The position numbers were made by a program, and so were the translations under genes. Under the pieces are notes generated by a model, which saw only the letters and a list, made by a program, of their open reading frames with translations, was not told the origin of the DNA and did no database searches. 64,000 bases of DNA, from assembly GCA_964016885.1 (NCBI GenBank), contig OZ024740.1:806001-870000 (forward strand), written 5' to 3'. Shown piece after piece: positions 60,901 through 64,000 of the stretch. Each line of letters starts with the position of its first letter. Position 1 is the stretch's first letter. The stretch comes from Eledone cirrhosa. Its lineage: Eukaryota.

Positions 60901-63900
60901 TCTACCAGTTATACTTCCACCAATATTCATAACAGTTACTCGTGTATCTACCTCTACCAGTTATACTCCCACCAATATTCGCCACAGTTACTCATGTATC
61001 TACTTCTACCAGTTATACTTACACCAATATTCACCACAGTTACTCATGTATCTACATCTACCAGTTATACTTCCACCAATATTCACCACAGTTACTCATG
61101 TATCTACATCTACAAGTTATACTTCCACCAATACTCATCACAGTTACTCATGTATCTACATCTACCAGGTCTACTTCCACCAATACTCACCACAGTTACT
61201 CATGTATCTACCTCTACCAGTTATACTTCCATCAATATTCACAACAGTTACTCATGTATCTACTTCTACCAGTTATACTCCCACCAATACTCACCACAGT
61301 TACACATGTATCAACCTGTACCAGTTATACTTCCACCAATACTCACCACATTTACTCATGTATCTATCTCTACCAGTTATACTTCCACCAATACTCACTA
61401 TATTTACTCATGTATCTACCTCTACCAGTTATACTTCCACCAATACTCACCAAAGTTACTCATGTATCTACCTGTACCAGTTATACTTCCACCAATACTC
61501 ACCACAGTTACTCATGTATCTACCTCTACCAGTTATACTTCCACCAATACTCACCTCATTTACTCATGTATCTACCTCTACCAGTTATATTTCCACCAAT
61601 ACTCACCACTGTTACACATGTATCTACCTGTATCAGTTATACTTCCACCAATACTCACCACATTTACTCATGTCTCTACCTCTACTAATTCTACTTCCAC
61701 CAATACTCACCACAGTTACTCATGTATCTACCTCTACCAGTTATATTTCCACCAATACTCACCACTGTTACTCATGTATCTACCACTACCAGTTCTACCT
61801 CCACCAATACCCACCACATTTACTCATGTCTCTACCTCTACTAGTTATACTTCCATCAATATTCACAACAGTTACTCATGTATCTACTTCTACCAGTTAT
61901 ACTCCCACCAATACTCACCACAGTTACACATGTATCAACCTGTACCAGTTATACTTCCACCAATACTCACCACATTTACTCATGTATCTATCTCTACCAG
62001 TTATACTTCCACCAATACTCACTATATTTACTCATGTATCTACCTCTACCAGTTATACTTCCACCAATACTCACCAAAGTTACTCATGTATCTACCTGTA
62101 CCAGTTATACTTCCACCAATACTCACCACATTTACTCATGTATCTACCTCTACCAGTTATACTTCCACCAATACTCACCTCATTTACTCATGTATCTACC
62201 TCTACCAGTTATATTTCCACCAATACTCACCACTGTTACACATGTATCTACCTGTATCAGTTATACTTCCACCAATACTCACCACATTTACTCATGTCTC
62301 TACCTCTACTAATTCTACTTCCACCAATACTCACCACAGTTACTCATGTATCTACCTCTACCAGTTATAATTCCACCAATACTCACCACAGTTACTCATG
62401 TATCTACCTCTACCAGTTATACTTCCACCAATACTCACCACAGTTACTCGTGTGTCTACCTCTACCAGTTCTACTTCCACCAATACTCACCACTGTTACA
62501 CATGTATCTACCTGTACCAGTTATACTTCCACCAATACTCACCACATTTACTCATGTATCTACCTCTACCAGTTATACTTCCACCAATACTCACCACATT
62601 TACTCATGTATCTACCTCTACCAGTTATACTTCCACCAATACTCATGTATCTACATCTACCAGTTATACTTCCACCAATACTCACCACACTTACTCATGT
62701 CTCTACCTCTACTAGTTCTACTTCCACCAATACTCACCACAGTTACTCATGTATCTACCTGTACCAGTTCTACTTCCACCAATACTCACCCTAGTTACTC
62801 TTGTTTCTACCTCAACTAGTTACACTTCCACCAATACTCACCACTGTTACTCATGTATCTACCTCTACCAGTTCTACTTTCACCAATACTCACCACATTT
62901 GCTCATGCAACTAACTCTACCAGTTCTACTTCCACCAATATTTACCACAGTTACTCATGTATCTACCTCTACCAGTTATACTTCCACCAATACTCACCAC
63001 AGTTACTCATGTATCTACCTCTAACAGTTCTTCTTCTACCAATACTCACCACAGTTACTCATGTATCTACCTCTACCAGTTATATTTCCACCAATACTCA
63101 CCACTGTTACTCATGTATCTACCACTACCAGTTCTACCTCCACCAATACCCACCACATTTACTCGTCTCTACCTCTACTAGTTCTACTTCTACCAATACT
63201 CACCACTGTTACTCATGTATCTACCTCTACCAGTTATACTTCCACCAATACTCATCACAGTTACACATGTATCTACCTCTATCAGTTATAATTCCACAAA
63301 TACGCACCCCAGTTACTCATGTATCTACCTCTACCAGTTATACTTCCACCAATACTCATCACAGTTACTCATGTTTCTACATCTACCAGTTATACTTCCA
63401 CCAATATTCATAACAGTTACTCGTGTATCTACCTCTACCAGTTATACTCCCACCAATATTCACAACAGTTACTCATGTATCTACTTCTACCAGTTATACT
63501 CCCACCAATACTCACCACAGTTACACATGTATCAATCTGTACCAGTTATACTTCCACCAATACTCACTATATTTACTCATGTATCTACCTCTACCAGTTA
63601 TACTTCCACCAATACTCACCAAAGTTACTCATGTATCTACCTGTACCAGTTATACTTCCACCAAAACTCACCACAGTTACTCATGTATCTACCTCTACCA
63701 GTTATACTTCCATCAATATTCACAACAGTTACTCATGTATCTACTTCTACCAGTTATACTCCCACCAATACTCACCACAGTTACACATGTATCAATCTGT
63801 ACCAGTTATACTTCCACCAATACTCACCAAAGTTACTCATGTATCTACCTGTACCAGTTATACTTCCACCAAAACTCACCACAGTTACTCATGTATCTAC

Positions 63901-64000
63901 CTCTACCAGTTATACTTCCATCAATACTCACCACAGTTACACATGTATCAATCTGTACCAGTTATACTTCCACCAATACTCACCACATTTACTCATGTAT
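27931..64000. repeat. 52-bp tandem satellite array, consensus CCACCAATACTCACCACAGTTACTCATGTATCTACCTCTACCAGTT(A/C)TACTT, roughly 690 units, open at the right edge
   Basis: Direct 52-bp periodicity. The consensus has no stop codon in any + frame, which explains the stacked ORFs. Diagnostic variants recur at multiples of 52. Confidence 0.99.

Noticed and set aside
27914-63413. Dozens of long ORFs (up to 914 aa) with MYLPLPVILPPILTTVTHVSTSTS repeats, superficially mucin-like
   Set aside because: The 52-bp unit is not a multiple of 3 and lacks stops, so all three frames give the same cycling peptide. Stops and 2-, 13- and 15-bp indels are scattered without regard to frame.

Overview
AT-rich eukaryotic genomic DNA. 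The repeat families resemble ones I recall from octopus genomes, but that is an inference. About 85% of the window is two tandem arrays: a 16-bp satellite (1-~18790) and a 52-bp satellite (~27931-64000). Both are almost G-free on the + strand, and nearly all ORFs in the supplied track are read-through artefacts of them. The ~9-kb spacer holds three phase-compatible + strand exons of a host gene ending in a Cys-rich EGF-like motif. It also holds a stack of transposon relics: a Penelope-like element with GIY-YIG endonuclease and a hammerhead ribozyme motif, a non-autonomous Helitron, two CR1/L2-type LINE 3' pieces, TTAA/CCCTT piggyBac-type MITEs, a Tc1/mariner-type (Tc2/pogo-like) MITE, SINE fragments and a CRE-like retroelement fragment. 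The best observation is that the 16-bp array runs directly into the body and terminus of a piggyBac-like MITE. An intact 211-bp copy of the same MITE at 25874-26084 carries about one copy of the 16-bp unit next to its TIR, so the >18-kb satellite appears to have expanded inside a MITE. A LINE 3' end shows a smaller parallel case (61 bp x9).
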